From an uncultured Gammaproteobacteria bacterium (GTDB lineage Bacteria > Patescibacteriota > Patescibacteriia > UBA9934): a stretch of DNA of 64,000 nt. Shown in pieces: positions 52,151-61,573 of the stretch; position 1 is the stretch's first letter, and each line of letters opens with the position of its first letter. The notes beneath the pieces are model-generated. The model was not told the DNA's origin. It saw only the letters and a program-made list of their open reading frames with translations, and did not search any database. A program made the translations under genes and the position numbers. The DNA is taken from contig CAZKGL010000001.1 of the NCBI GenBank assembly GCA_964552565.1, positions 371,061 through 435,060 of the forward strand, in the 5' to 3' direction.

Positions 52151-55100
52151 CTACTGCAACTCGCCACCCGCCTTGAAGGATCTAATGTCTGCAGCCACGC
52201 GGCGCAGGTGTACGGGCAGTAACCGCATCCGAATCGCGAGAAGTGATACAGCGATCTCGATCGCCTTATTCGCTTGCGGATGCCTACCAATGTACCGAAG
52301 AAGGCTATGCAGTATTCCTCGCTCCCTAATGCCAAGACGCTTGTCCGTATAGATATACATTATCAAATCGCCAAGTATCGTCCCGATCGGCTGGACGGAG
52401 GTCTCCTTCTTCACCAACTCATTCATCAATAGCTCAACATTTTGGTCAAGCAGATTGAAGTTCGCAACTTCGAGATAGCGAACAATCATTGCGGTGTCAA
52501 TCGTTACATACGAATATCCGCACTTCAACAATTCCATTCTCCCGGCGTCATACTCCTCCTCAGACACCAGATTATGTTTACGCGCATTTCGAAGAAGTTC
52601 CTGACTTGTTGCAATGTCGAGACCCCCCAATGTTTTTATTGCATCACGGCCGAGGTACGAATCGTCACACACTACAGGTAGCCCTCTCTGTGAAGCAATT
52701 ACCATAGTCGTGCCCGATGATCCGTACTGCTCCTCAAACTGCTTCCTATCAGGAGAAACTGGACGTGCGTAGCCGACTCGTGTACAGGTCTCAAAGAAAG
52801 CTTGCACCTTTGTCAGAAGCTGCAGACTTTTCTCGTACGCCTCGGCGCTGACATCATTCATCATGACTGAGCCGTCGGCGCTGCCCTGTAGAAAAGATTG
52901 CCCTTTCTTAGAAAGCTTCGTGTACTCCTCGATTAGAGAGGAGAGCTGATCGCAAGTAAACTGATCAACATACACTTGCGTAAATGCCTTCTTTATCAAA
53001 TCCAAACGATCGAGGCGCGCCAATGTCAGAGCGGCACTCATGTCTACGATCACCTCTTTTTCCTTAAAAAGGATATTCTCACTTTCCGCAGCCTCTTGCG
53101 TATTTCCGAGGAAGGCATAAACCGGGAAGTCTTTCGCGGTTATCACATCGGACCACACCTCGAAATACTTCTTGGAGATGAGAGTTGAGATCTGATTCAA
53201 GGATAGGCGCTTGGCCTTATACTCCGCGATGACTTTATCGATCGCCTTGGCCCTTGCTGAGACCACCTCACCGATTTTCTTCATTCCATCTTGATCGGCT
53301 GAAAACTTCATGATCGCCTCTTGTCCCGGGGCGCGATTCTCGAAATTTTCCATTATGTCCTGATAGTACCTGACGTGCTTATCCTGAACAGCACCTTCCT
53401 GATCACTTACATGGTGAAAGACAGAGATGTACGCCAACTGAATCTCAGGGTTAGTGAAGTTTCTATCCAAAGCACTGAAGGCTGTTTCAAGTGCTTCGGC
53501 ATATTCGCCATTCAAGACAAGAAGGTTCGCAACTTGCATGAGTTGCTCCGCTTCGCTCGCCGAGTGCAACGCCTTCTTGATGTAAGGTGAATAATCTGCG
53601 ATAGACCCCGAAAGTCTAAATCTGCACTCAAGGAAGCCTATAACATCACCGAAAACGAAGTGATCCTCATCTATTAACTTTTTGTATTTCTCTGCTGCGG
53701 TCTCAAGGTCTCCAAGTACATGGGTGAAGTTCGCCGAAACCCGGAGAAGAGTGTCGGATTGAAGCGCCTTTTCGCTAGCCAAAACCATCAGAGCTTGCAA
53801 CTGTTCATACTTCTTTGCGTTGAATAGAGCAATTGCATATCTTTCAAAATTTTCTGCCGACGGATCTCCCTCGATAGCCAAGGCTAAAATTTCTGCGGCC
53901 TTCTCAAAATCTCCTATCTTCAAGAGAAAGGTTGAGTAATCATCGAGAATTATTTGATGAATTGGATTTGCCTCTACGGCCGCGTCCATCGCACGCTCGA
54001 AGTATTCTCCTGAAAGTTCGAGCTGATTTTGGTGCGCATGAAATATGGCAACCGATCTAAACGCCAAAGGATTGTCCGGGCATTCGGCGAGCAACTCATC
54101 TCTAACCTTTAGAGCCTTATCGGTCTCTTGGAGATCCAAATGGCCTAACATCAACAATCGCATCGTTTCAATATAAACCTCATCTCGATCGTCGCTCCTA
54201 TTCCCAGACAACAGTTCGACTGTCTTGCCCGGCTTCTTGCTGAAGAGGTACGCGGCCGCCAAATCCCTCCTCAAGTGATCTGGTAACGTGGTAATTTTTG
54301 AATACGCCTCTAACGCTTCGATCACGTATTCGTAACGATGGGAGATAAGACCCGCTCTCGACTTATTCACCAACGCCTCTATATTTTCGGCATCAAGTGA
54401 AAAGGCCCGATTAGCATATTCGATGCAGTCGTCATATTGTTTAAGAACCAAGTTGGCGGCCGATAGGTTGGTATAGAGGGGTGCCTCAAACTGTTTTGGC
54501 GCTTGCCCCTCAAACAACTTTACAGCCTCGGTCAAAGCCTTTTTCGCTTCTTCAAAATCCTTACAGATTGCATCCGGGATAATCGCGCCTTGTAATCTTC
54601 CTTCAAGATCCCTCGAGTGAAGCAGTAAAATTTCTTGAGCGAAAAACAATTTATACCAAACCTCCTTATCATCGCTTTCCTTGAGTTTTTTATATGCATC
54701 AGCTGCGCCCTTGTGGTCACGCAACTTACTCGCCTTCAGCGCGAAAATAAAGTCTTTGGTTGCTTGATTTTCAATGTCAGCAATGTCCCGATCAACTGCA
54801 TCGATGTCATTCAAGTCAAGATGGCAACGCGCGCGAATAGACAAGGCATGATCTCTATCCTGTAGATCTCTCGCTAGTACCATGTTAATCATTCCGAGAG
54901 CAGTTCCCGGATCCTTGGCGGCCAAGAATGCCTGTGCGTGGTTTGCGCCCGCCTTCTCATTTTCCGAATCAAGTGCGATTGCTTTTTCAAATAACAATTT
55001 AGCTTTATCCGTTTCGCCAAGCCGCAATTCGCATAGTCCAAGATTGTTATGAATCTTGGACATAGTCTTCTTGCCGACTCCACCGGCAGTCGGAAGATCC

Positions 55101-55732
55101 GCAAGAATATCGTACCCATCGCGGCGGGCGCCCGTGTAATCTCCCTCATCTATTTTCTTGACCATCCGCTTGTTTCTTGCATCGAATAGACCCGAAAGTT
55201 CCCCACTCTCTATTACAGAAGATTGCAAAGAGGCGACAGCTGCCTGAAGCGCCGCAAGCTGTTGCTGTGTTGTTTCAAAGATATCCGGATGACGTTCCTT
55301 TACTGTCGGATGCTGATCTGCCAGTTGCCTCAAATGCTCAGCGGAGTACACGAGGTATTTGCAGTTGTTCTCTCGTGTCAGCTCTGCAAGAACATCGTGC
55401 TGCTCCTTACGCAGTGCGGCAGGGGTAACAAACACCCAAGTATCAAACGGGTACATCCCACGTTGTTCGATCGCCTTACTGAAATCAGAACGAATTTTCT
55501 TGTTGTAAGCATCGTTCGACGACCGGGTACTCAAAAGCGGAGTATAAATTGCGAAAAAAATCTTGGCTGATGTTGTGTACCCATCCATCCCATCATCGCC
55601 ACCCCTGTCGTCAATAACAAGAAAATCTTGATGCTCCGCGAGCAAGAGATCTTTGACTAACGCTTCAAATACTTTGTTGTTGTCAATGTGCTCGATTTTC
55701 TTCGTGTACTTATATGCGTCACTATCCGGCAT
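52151..55732 (-). CDS. Large nuclease-like/TPR/PIN-like protein (putative defence)
   Basis: N-terminal FEALV...GDDGMDG; many TPRs; C-terminal VIVDMSAAL...VVCDD. Confidence 0.78.
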   Translation of the reverse strand: MPDSDAYKYTKKIEHIDNNKVFEALVKDLLLAEHQDFLVIDDRGGDDGMDGYTTSAKIFFAIYTPLLSTRSSNDAYNKKIRSDFSKAIEQRGMYPFDTWVFVTPAALRKEQHDVLAELTRENNCKYLVYSAEHLRQLADQHPTVKERHPDIFETTQQQLAALQAAVASLQSSVIESGELSGLFDARNKRMVKKIDEGDYTGARRDGYDILADLPTAGGVGKKTMSKIHNNLGLCELRLGETDKAKLLFEKAIALDSENEKAGANHAQAFLAAKDPGTALGMINMVLARDLQDRDHALSIRARCHLDLNDIDAVDRDIADIENQATKDFIFALKASKLRDHKGAADAYKKLKESDDKEVWYKLFFAQEILLLHSRDLEGRLQGAIIPDAICKDFEEAKKALTEAVKLFEGQAPKQFEAPLYTNLSAANLVLKQYDDCIEYANRAFSLDAENIEALVNKSRAGLISHRYEYVIEALEAYSKITTLPDHLRRDLAAAYLFSKKPGKTVELLSGNRSDDRDEVYIETMRLLMLGHLDLQETDKALKVRDELLAECPDNPLAFRSVAIFHAHQNQLELSGEYFERAMDAAVEANPIHQIILDDYSTFLLKIGDFEKAAEILALAIEGDPSAENFERYAIALFNAKKYEQLQALMVLASEKALQSDTLLRVSANFTHVLGDLETAAEKYKKLIDEDHFVFGDVIGFLECRFRLSGSIADYSPYIKKALHSASEAEQLMQVANLLVLNGEYAEALETAFSALDRNFTNPEIQLAYISVFHHVSDQEGAVQDKHVRYYQDIMENFENRAPGQEAIMKFSADQDGMKKIGEVVSARAKAIDKVIAEYKAKRLSLNQISTLISKKYFEVWSDVITAKDFPVYAFLGNTQEAAESENILFKEKEVIVDMSAALTLARLDRLDLIKKAFTQVYVDQFTCDQLSSLIEEYTKLSKKGQSFLQGSADGSVMMNDVSAEAYEKSLQLLTKVQAFFETCTRVGYARPVSPDRKQFEEQYGSSGTTMVIASQRGLPVVCDDSYLGRDAIKTLGGLDIATSQELLRNARKHNLVSEEEYDAGRMELLKCGYSYVTIDTAMIVRYLEVANFNLLDQNVELLMNELVKKETSVQPIGTILGDLIMYIYTDKRLGIRERGILHSLLRYIGRHPQANKAIEIAVSLLAIRMRLLPVHLRRVAADIRSFKAGGELQ

Positions 55733-55802
55733 ATTCTTATCGTAAGGAAGAACCCTGCCGACATGAAACACCTTTTATGCCTAACTCCGCAACCAAGAGC
55801 TG

Positions 55803-56177
55803 TTACTGCTTGACGATTGCAATCCCCGTCGCCCTATCCCAATAGAATCCAAAGACAAGCATTGCTAAGAACCCGATACCTGTAACAGCAGACAATGCGA
55901 TGATTTCGCGTAGGACGAGACGAAGTAGTGTCGGTCTCGCAAGCGTCTTGCGATCTACTGTGCGCAATTTAAAGAGCCTCTGACCGGGCGTTGCGCCTGA
56001 GTAAGCTGCGAGAGCTAAGCCTGCTAACAAAGCGACCAGAAAAGGCCACATCGCTCGGGACAACGCTTCGTGAAGCAGCGCATCAAAAAGGGCGACCGCC
56101 GTGCCGATGACAAAAAAGTCAATCATGAGAGCCGTGCCGCGCTTAAAATGACCATATTCAAAAATTACTTCGGACAT
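55803..56177 (-). CDS. RDD family membrane protein
   Basis: KRGTALMID, TPGQRLFKLR, WDRATG. Confidence 0.82.
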   Translation of the reverse strand: MSEVIFEYGHFKRGTALMIDFFVIGTAVALFDALLHEALSRAMWPFLVALLAGLALAAYSGATPGQRLFKLRTVDRKTLARPTLLRLVLREIIALSAVTGIGFLAMLVFGFYWDRATGIAIVKQ

Positions 56178-56178
56178 A

Positions 56179-56391
56179 CTATTTTGCCCAGCTTCCGTAA
56201 TGCTCGCAGGCTTCGGCGGCCGTTAGCTTGTTCTCAAGAGCATAGCGGTACTGCGTTTCGCCCATGCAGGCTAGAAAATCACCGCGTGCTTGATTGGGCA
56301 TCACTATAAGACGCCAAACGGCCGTCCCGGTGAGTAATACAATGCACGCGATAGCAACCTTGGTTGCTGTTTGCCTTGATATTTCCTGCAC
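56179..56391 (-). CDS. Small membrane-anchored hypothetical protein
   Basis: One TM, two Cys; stop is 1 nt before the RDD start. Confidence 0.55.
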   Translation of the reverse strand: MQEISRQTATKVAIACIVLLTGTAVWRLIVMPNQARGDFLACMGETQYRYALENKLTAAEACEHYGSWAK

Positions 56392-56407
56392 AAAGCTCGT
56401 TATTTAG

Positions 56408-56560
56408 AAATAAACAAAAGGACACCCCTGAGGTGTCTAGACCCAAACAGCAGGGCTACTGCCGCTTGTTTTATCAGGGATGCCCGTTACGGCGCACCAA
56501 TAGCCCTAATAAAACTGCCGACAGTTTCCTGTTGGTCAGCGCTGTTGTTTGGATCTAGAC
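56408..56560 (-). ncRNA. Candidate structured RNA with terminator
   Basis: 19-bp closing arms (2 mismatches), inner stems, then GACACC/GGTGTC hairpin and U-tract on the minus strand. Confidence 0.4.
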
Positions 56561-56788
56561 AAGATAAGTGTGCCTTAGCAGAGAAAAAGCTGCAAGAAAC
56601 ATACAGATGTGGAAAAGATGCCTTGCCTGATAGGCGTAAGGCGAGCAGAATAGAACCACAACGACTCGGGCCTTGCCCGGGTCAACAGACTGCAAAAGTC
56701 AGCCTTACCCTGAAATCACTTTAGGACGGCCGGACATAGCAGATTGGGAATTTTTCCCGTCTTCTATTTGTCCGGTCGTCCTTTTTGT

Positions 56789-56926
56789 ATGAGTCAGCGC
56801 CTGCTCAAAAAGTTCATCGAGATCTACCACCGCCAATACGGGGTCGAACTCACAGAAGCAGATGCTCGCTCAAAGGCTGCTGATTTTCTCAGTCTCTACC
56901 GCGCAATTGGCGCACCTCAAAACTGA
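56789..56926 (+). CDS. Small hypothetical protein (45 aa)
   Basis: MSQRLLKKFIEIYHRQYGVELTEADA; first gene of the element's mobility operon. Confidence 0.6.
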   Translation: MSQRLLKKFIEIYHRQYGVELTEADARSKAADFLSLYRAIGAPQN

Positions 56927-56955
56927 GGGTTTATCCAAGAAACCTGAGAATAAGT

Positions 56956-57204
56956 ATGAAAATTGCACCGAGCTTTTATACATCAAACTTTTACCTCGCA
57001 GCATTCATGCTTGCGAGTGGTTTTACGCTTCAGGGCTACGAACGATCGGATGACGGGAAGGTCACCTTCGTTATCGAAGACGGCGAGAACCGAGAGGAGG
57101 CCGTCGACAGTTTCCACTGCGGAAACCCGCAAGTCGATGCAAGACGTTTTATTGCGGCGATTAGGCAGCTCAAGAGCGGCATTTACGACGGTGCTGCTAC
57201 GTAG
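56956..57204 (+). CDS. DUF5659-like small protein
   Basis: FYTSNFYLAAFM...VDARRF..IRQLK. Confidence 0.65.
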   Translation: MKIAPSFYTSNFYLAAFMLASGFTLQGYERSDDGKVTFVIEDGENREEAVDSFHCGNPQVDARRFIAAIRQLKSGIYDGAAT

Positions 57205-57224
57205 CTGCGAATTGAAGAGAGCAT

Positions 57225-57815
57225 ATGGATTCGGGTCAATTCATCAAAGTGCCTGTTTACATCGAAGCCGACAAGCGCCTGTCTCCCACGGACAAGGCTG
57301 TCTATATGGCACTTCGAAAACATAGGAACGAACGTTCCGGCGAAGAAGTGTTTCCTTCCCGGGAGCTAATCGGTAAAAGCGTTGGACGCGGTGTGACAAC
57401 GGTGTGGCGTTCACTCAAAAACCTAGCGAACTGTGGGCATATCGTTTGGAAAAGCGGAGCGCAAGGCAGGTCCAATCGCTACCAGTTCACCCATGAAACG
57501 GTAAGCAGTTCACCGGTGCAATCTAGTCATGTCGCCAATGAACCACTCAGCAGTTCATCCGCGAACCACGAATCAGAATCAGGAACCCAAAAACAAGAAT
57601 CAGATAACTCATCACTTTTCTTTCGAGGGGAACTCTGCCTGATCAATGAAGACGGAACCTCCGTTCAGGTTATCGGCAACGACGGCTTCCTCACGCCCTA
57701 CGACGGGAGAAGCGACTCAGACTTTCGATATCGAAACCTTACAGGACCCAAAGCCCTTCGTGTCGCCCTCCACGACTACCAGATGCAAGCATTTGGTTTC
57801 GCAAGAAATAGCTAA
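57225..57815 (+). CDS. Helix-turn-helix (phage replication-initiator-like) protein
   Basis: LSPTDKAVYMAL, FPSRELIG, SNRY. Confidence 0.75.
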   Translation: MDSGQFIKVPVYIEADKRLSPTDKAVYMALRKHRNERSGEEVFPSRELIGKSVGRGVTTVWRSLKNLANCGHIVWKSGAQGRSNRYQFTHETVSSSPVQSSHVANEPLSSSSANHESESGTQKQESDNSSLFFRGELCLINEDGTSVQVIGNDGFLTPYDGRSDSDFRYRNLTGPKALRVALHDYQMQAFGFARNS

Positions 57816-57895
57816 GACTAGCACCTTATTCAGTTATTCAAGTGATGGCGCGAGACCCGCTGTTGGGATAAAATCGAAGAAACTAGAATAAGCAT

Positions 57896-59515
57896 ATGCA
57901 ATCAGCCGTTGTCATTTACGCCCGCAAGTCGAGCGAACAAGAGGATCGTCAGATCTTGAGTATCGATTCTCAGATCGCCGAGCTTAAGCAACTTGCCCTG
58001 AAGTTTGAGGTAACCCCGAAGTACGTTATTAGCGAATCCTTCAGCGCAAAGGCTCCCGGTCGAGAAAAGTTCAACGAGATGGTTGCTCTTATTGAGGCTG
58101 GAAAAGTAGACACGATTTTTGCTTGGCATCCCGATCGTCTGTCTCGCAATGCAGTAGACGCTGCGTGGCTTATTCACCTTCTTGATACTGGTAAGCTCAA
58201 AGCAATCATCACGCCGAGCCAATCTTTCAAAAATACTCCGAACGATAAGTTTCTTTTCAACCTCCTCACCAGTCAGGCGAAGCTTGAAAACGACAACAAG
58301 AGTATCAACGTAAAACGAGGGTTGAAGACTAAAGTCGAGATGGGCTGCTACCCCGGTGTTGCTCCGCTTGGCTATCTGAACAACAAGTACAAGGAGAAGG
58401 GTAAGAAGGACGTTTATCTCGATGCTGAACGTGGCCCGATCCTCCGCAAGATCTTCGACCTAATTCTTGAAGGCATGCCTCCCATGCGAGCCTTGGAAAT
58501 CGCAAATGAAAAGCTTGACTTCCGCACCCCTCACGGAAATAAGCTCGCACGTACGACACTCTACCGTGTTCTCACGATGCCCTTTTATTACGGTGAGTTC
58601 GAATACCCGAAAGGTAGTGGCAAATGGTACAAGGGCAACCACGAACCCCTGATCACAGTTGAGGAATACGACCGAGTTCAAACTTTTCTTGGACGAGACG
58701 GTAGACCACGGGCGCGCCAGAGCCTCTATAACTTCCCCTACAAGGCGATGATGCGCTGCGGGGAGTGTGGCGCCGCTATTACCATTGAGCGCAAGGTAAA
58801 GCGTCAGAAGAATGGTAATGTCCACGAGTACGTCTATTATCACTGTACGAAGCGCATTAAAAGGGACTGCACGCAGAAATGCGTCGAGGCAAAAGAGATT
58901 GATGACCAGATCGCCGAGACCTTGGCTTCCGTGAAGATCCCTCAGGAGTTCCATGAATGGGCCATTGAGGCGTTACGCGAGGAAAATGAAGCCGAGACCT
59001 CGTCACGCGCGCAGACTATGAAACGCCAACGCTCCTCATATGACGAGACGGTTCGGATGATGGATGAGCTGCTCGATATGCGCCTCAAGAAACAGATCTC
59101 CGATGAGCAGTTCGCTGACAAGAAGGCATCCTTGGAACACGATAAAACGCGCTATAAGGAGCTTCTCAACGATACCGACCGTAGGATCGACTGGTGGATG
59201 AATGTCGCGGGGGAGGCCATGCAATTCCTTTGTGAAGCCCAACAGAAATTTATCGAAGGCGACGCAGACCGAAAGACCCGCATTCTGAACGCCCTTGGTT
59301 CGAACTTCACCCTTCTCGACGGAAAACTAGTCGTTTCTGTGAAGGAAACGCTTCTTTCGGTTACCGAGCAATATCACCAGATGAAACAGGCTGGAAAAAT
59401 GTTCGAACCTCTGAAATTTGGCTCTACAAAACAAAGAACCGACACCATTTCTGATGTCAGTTCCATGTGGCTCCGGGGGTGGGGTTCGAACCCACGACCA
59501 TCTCGTTACACTTGA
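57896..59515 (+). CDS. Large serine recombinase (integrase)
   Basis: YARKSS, DRLSRN, recombinase domain, Zn ribbon CGECG..YYHC..C, coiled coil. Confidence 0.95.
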   Translation: MQSAVVIYARKSSEQEDRQILSIDSQIAELKQLALKFEVTPKYVISESFSAKAPGREKFNEMVALIEAGKVDTIFAWHPDRLSRNAVDAAWLIHLLDTGKLKAIITPSQSFKNTPNDKFLFNLLTSQAKLENDNKSINVKRGLKTKVEMGCYPGVAPLGYLNNKYKEKGKKDVYLDAERGPILRKIFDLILEGMPPMRALEIANEKLDFRTPHGNKLARTTLYRVLTMPFYYGEFEYPKGSGKWYKGNHEPLITVEEYDRVQTFLGRDGRPRARQSLYNFPYKAMMRCGECGAAITIERKVKRQKNGNVHEYVYYHCTKRIKRDCTQKCVEAKEIDDQIAETLASVKIPQEFHEWAIEALREENEAETSSRAQTMKRQRSSYDETVRMMDELLDMRLKKQISDEQFADKKASLEHDKTRYKELLNDTDRRIDWWMNVAGEAMQFLCEAQQKFIEGDADRKTRILNALGSNFTLLDGKLVVSVKETLLSVTEQYHQMKQAGKMFEPLKFGSTKQRTDTISDVSSMWLRGWGSNPRPSRYT

Positions 59516-60053
59516 TCCATCGGTTTCCCGACAGCGTGGACTATATCTTCATCCGTCTCTTGTGAGCGAGGATGCAGGGCGCTTCCGGCTCTGAAGCCGT
59601 ACTCCCGTGAGGGATAGTCTCTGAACCTTCATCGCTTTTTCAAGCGACGCTTGGCTGCTGATTACCCTGCGTAAGCGAGGGCTTCCAGCAATTCACCCTG
59701 TGGTCATTCCGACGTCTCCGTCGGAAGCTGCGTTATGCCCGCATGCAATTCACGATGACAATTTGCGCAGATGAGAATGCATTCCGCAATCTCCTTCTCG
59801 ATCGCTGCCCACGATCTCGTATATCCACGCGCCGAGATGCCGAAAGATTTCTTCTTCGGATCTCGATGGTGGATATCGAGGGCTTACGGGCACCGATCAT
59901 ATCCGCAAATCTGACATCGTCCACCAAGCTTCGCGACTGCCATTTCGCGGACCTTTCGTCGGCGATTGGCAACTGCTCGCTTGATGGCTTCTGCACGCTG
60001 GGCGTAGGTTCGCCGTTCTTTCATACCGCTAGTGTATCGAAGAAGGCGTGTCC
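59509..60053 (-). ncRNA. Group I intron (545 nt) between anticodon positions 35/36
   Basis: P AATTGCTGGAA, Q AATCAGCAG, R GTTCAGAGACTA, S AAGATATAGTCC; exon ends in U, intron ends in G. Confidence 0.93.
59704..60024 (-). pseudogene. Intron-encoded HNH endonuclease with one in-frame TAA
   Basis: GGRCQICGYDRCP*ALDIHHRDP...CILICANCHRELH; stop at 59886-59884. Confidence 0.85.
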
Positions 60054-60229
60054 ACAGCGAGCCGCTCTGCCACTGAGCTACCCCGGAAGGGTTGGCTTTG
60101 CCTCTTAAGGCTGCGAAAGATTACCACGGCATTCGAGGGATTTCAAGCCCAGGACGTTATCCACATCAGGCATCCCCCCGTCCGCTGGGGATGCTACAAT
60201 TTCGCCAACTAATCCATGTCAGAAAAATT

Positions 60230-60889
60230 ATGGACACTCCGAAATTCCGGATCGGGCAGGCGCTCAGCGTCGGCTGGGAAACGTTCAAGGGGCACGCGGG
60301 CTACTTTGTCGGCGTCTTTATCCTTGGCTCGATCGCCTACATGATCCCGAGCTTTATTTCGAGCGCGACCGCTGAGGACTACCCGACCCTCTCGTTCCTC
60401 TTCAACCTCATCGGCATCATCGTCAGCTACGTCGTCAGCGCCGGCTGGATCTTCATCTCGCTTTCCGCGCTCGACAAGAAGCCGCTCACCGTCGACATGC
60501 TCTGGAGCAAGTGGCAGTACGTGGCGAAGTTCGTTGGCGCCGGCATCCTGTCGACCCTCGCCATCATGATCGGCCTCGTGCTGCTCATCATCCCGGGCAT
60601 CATCGTCGCCTGCCGCCTTGCGCTTGTCGGCTTCTACCTGATCGACAAGAACCAGGGCATTATCGAGGCCATGAAGAGCAGCTGGGAGGCGACTCGCGGC
60701 AGCGCCTGGAACCTCTTCCTGTACTTTGTCGTGCTCGGGCTTATCGGTATCGCCGCGACGATCCCGCTTGGCCTCGGCTGGCTTATCGCCGCACCGTTCA
60801 TGGCGATCTCAGTCGCCTACGTGTACCGCCAGGTCGCCGGCATCCATCACGCCGCCCCGGCCGCAGCAGCGCAGCCGGCACAGATGTAA
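60230..60889 (+). CDS. Integral membrane protein (DUF975-like)
   Basis: LLIIPGII, IEAMKSSWEATRG. Confidence 0.8.
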   Translation: MDTPKFRIGQALSVGWETFKGHAGYFVGVFILGSIAYMIPSFISSATAEDYPTLSFLFNLIGIIVSYVVSAGWIFISLSALDKKPLTVDMLWSKWQYVAKFVGAGILSTLAIMIGLVLLIIPGIIVACRLALVGFYLIDKNQGIIEAMKSSWEATRGSAWNLFLYFVVLGLIGIAATIPLGLGWLIAAPFMAISVAYVYRQVAGIHHAAPAAAAQPAQM

Positions 60890-60901
60890 CCAACAAAACC
60901 C

Positions 60902-60927
60902 TAGGGGCACGGCGCGCCGTGCCCCTA
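60902..60927. repeat. REP-like 26-bp perfect palindrome TAGGGGCACGGCGCGCCGTGCCCCTA
   Basis: Between convergent genes; core shared with 19447-19466. Confidence 0.82.
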
Positions 60928-60932
60928 CATTG

Positions 60933-61262
60933 TTACCCCTGCGTACGCAGCGCATGTCGCCGACGGAACGAGCTGTAGGCGATTGCGCGGACAAGCGTCG
61001 TAATGATGTGCGCAACGACCGCGTAGAGCACCAATGCGAAGACCGTCGCGAATTCGAGGACATAGCCTTGCTCGAGGGCGAGCGAGGGAAACACGTCTGC
61101 GAACGGCGCGACGAGCGGCCAGGAGACTGCGTAGATGGCCTGCACGACGGCGTTTGCCTCGTTTGCTCCGAACAACTTGAGGACGATGCGGAGCCCCAAA
61201 AGCGCCGCGACAAGCGTGATGATGAAGTCGATAACCGCCGTGGTGGCGCGATAAACCGTCAT
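60933..61262 (-). CDS. YggT family membrane protein
   Basis: LRIVLKLFGAN, PLVAPF. Confidence 0.82.
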   Translation of the reverse strand: MTVYRATTAVIDFIITLVAALLGLRIVLKLFGANEANAVVQAIYAVSWPLVAPFADVFPSLALEQGYVLEFATVFALVLYAVVAHIITTLVRAIAYSSFRRRHALRTQG

Positions 61263-61389
61263 AGGGGTGGATAAAGAGATAACAGCGCACTGTACCCGTG
61301 TTATCATTTCTTGCAAGGGGCGCACTGGTGAGTTGTCGCGATTCTGTTTACAAAACTTCAGACCGGATTTCTGAGCGTATTTAAAAGCC

Positions 61390-61410
61390 GTAGATAGTAT
61401 ATTTATCTAC
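61390..61410. promoter_or_regulatory. Inverted repeat GTAGATA-N7-TATCTAC (putative operator)
   Basis: Perfect arms in an AT-rich divergent intergenic region. Confidence 0.45.
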
Positions 61411-61573
61411 ACTCAGCTAAATAATTTTATACCGTCCATTCATAGTTTACAGACTATTGACGAGCTTAACAGTATTTTGTAAGTTTCGCCTGGACCTCGT
61501 TCCCCATCGCCCTGTTTCTAGAGCTCGACGATGCTACCGAGGCCGGTTTTAGTCTTAAGCTCTTCAGTGAACT

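Larger units (their letters stand above)
52062..59482. mobile_element. 7.4-kb integrative element at tRNA-Asn 3' end (serine recombinase)
   Basis: 15-bp terminal direct repeats, recombinase, HTH/replication-like genes, low GC. Confidence 0.88.
59468..60087 (-). tRNA. tRNA-Asn(GTT), intron-split (exons 60087-60054 and 59508-59468)
   Basis: Joined exons give a 75-nt cloverleaf: TCCGGGG/CCCCGGA acceptor, CT-GT^T-AA loop, TTCGAAC, discriminator G, CCA. Confidence 0.93.

Noticed and set aside
59733-60108. Track ORFs 59733-59996(-) and 59743-60108(+)
   Set aside because: Off-frame or antisense to the HNH pseudogene and tRNA exon.
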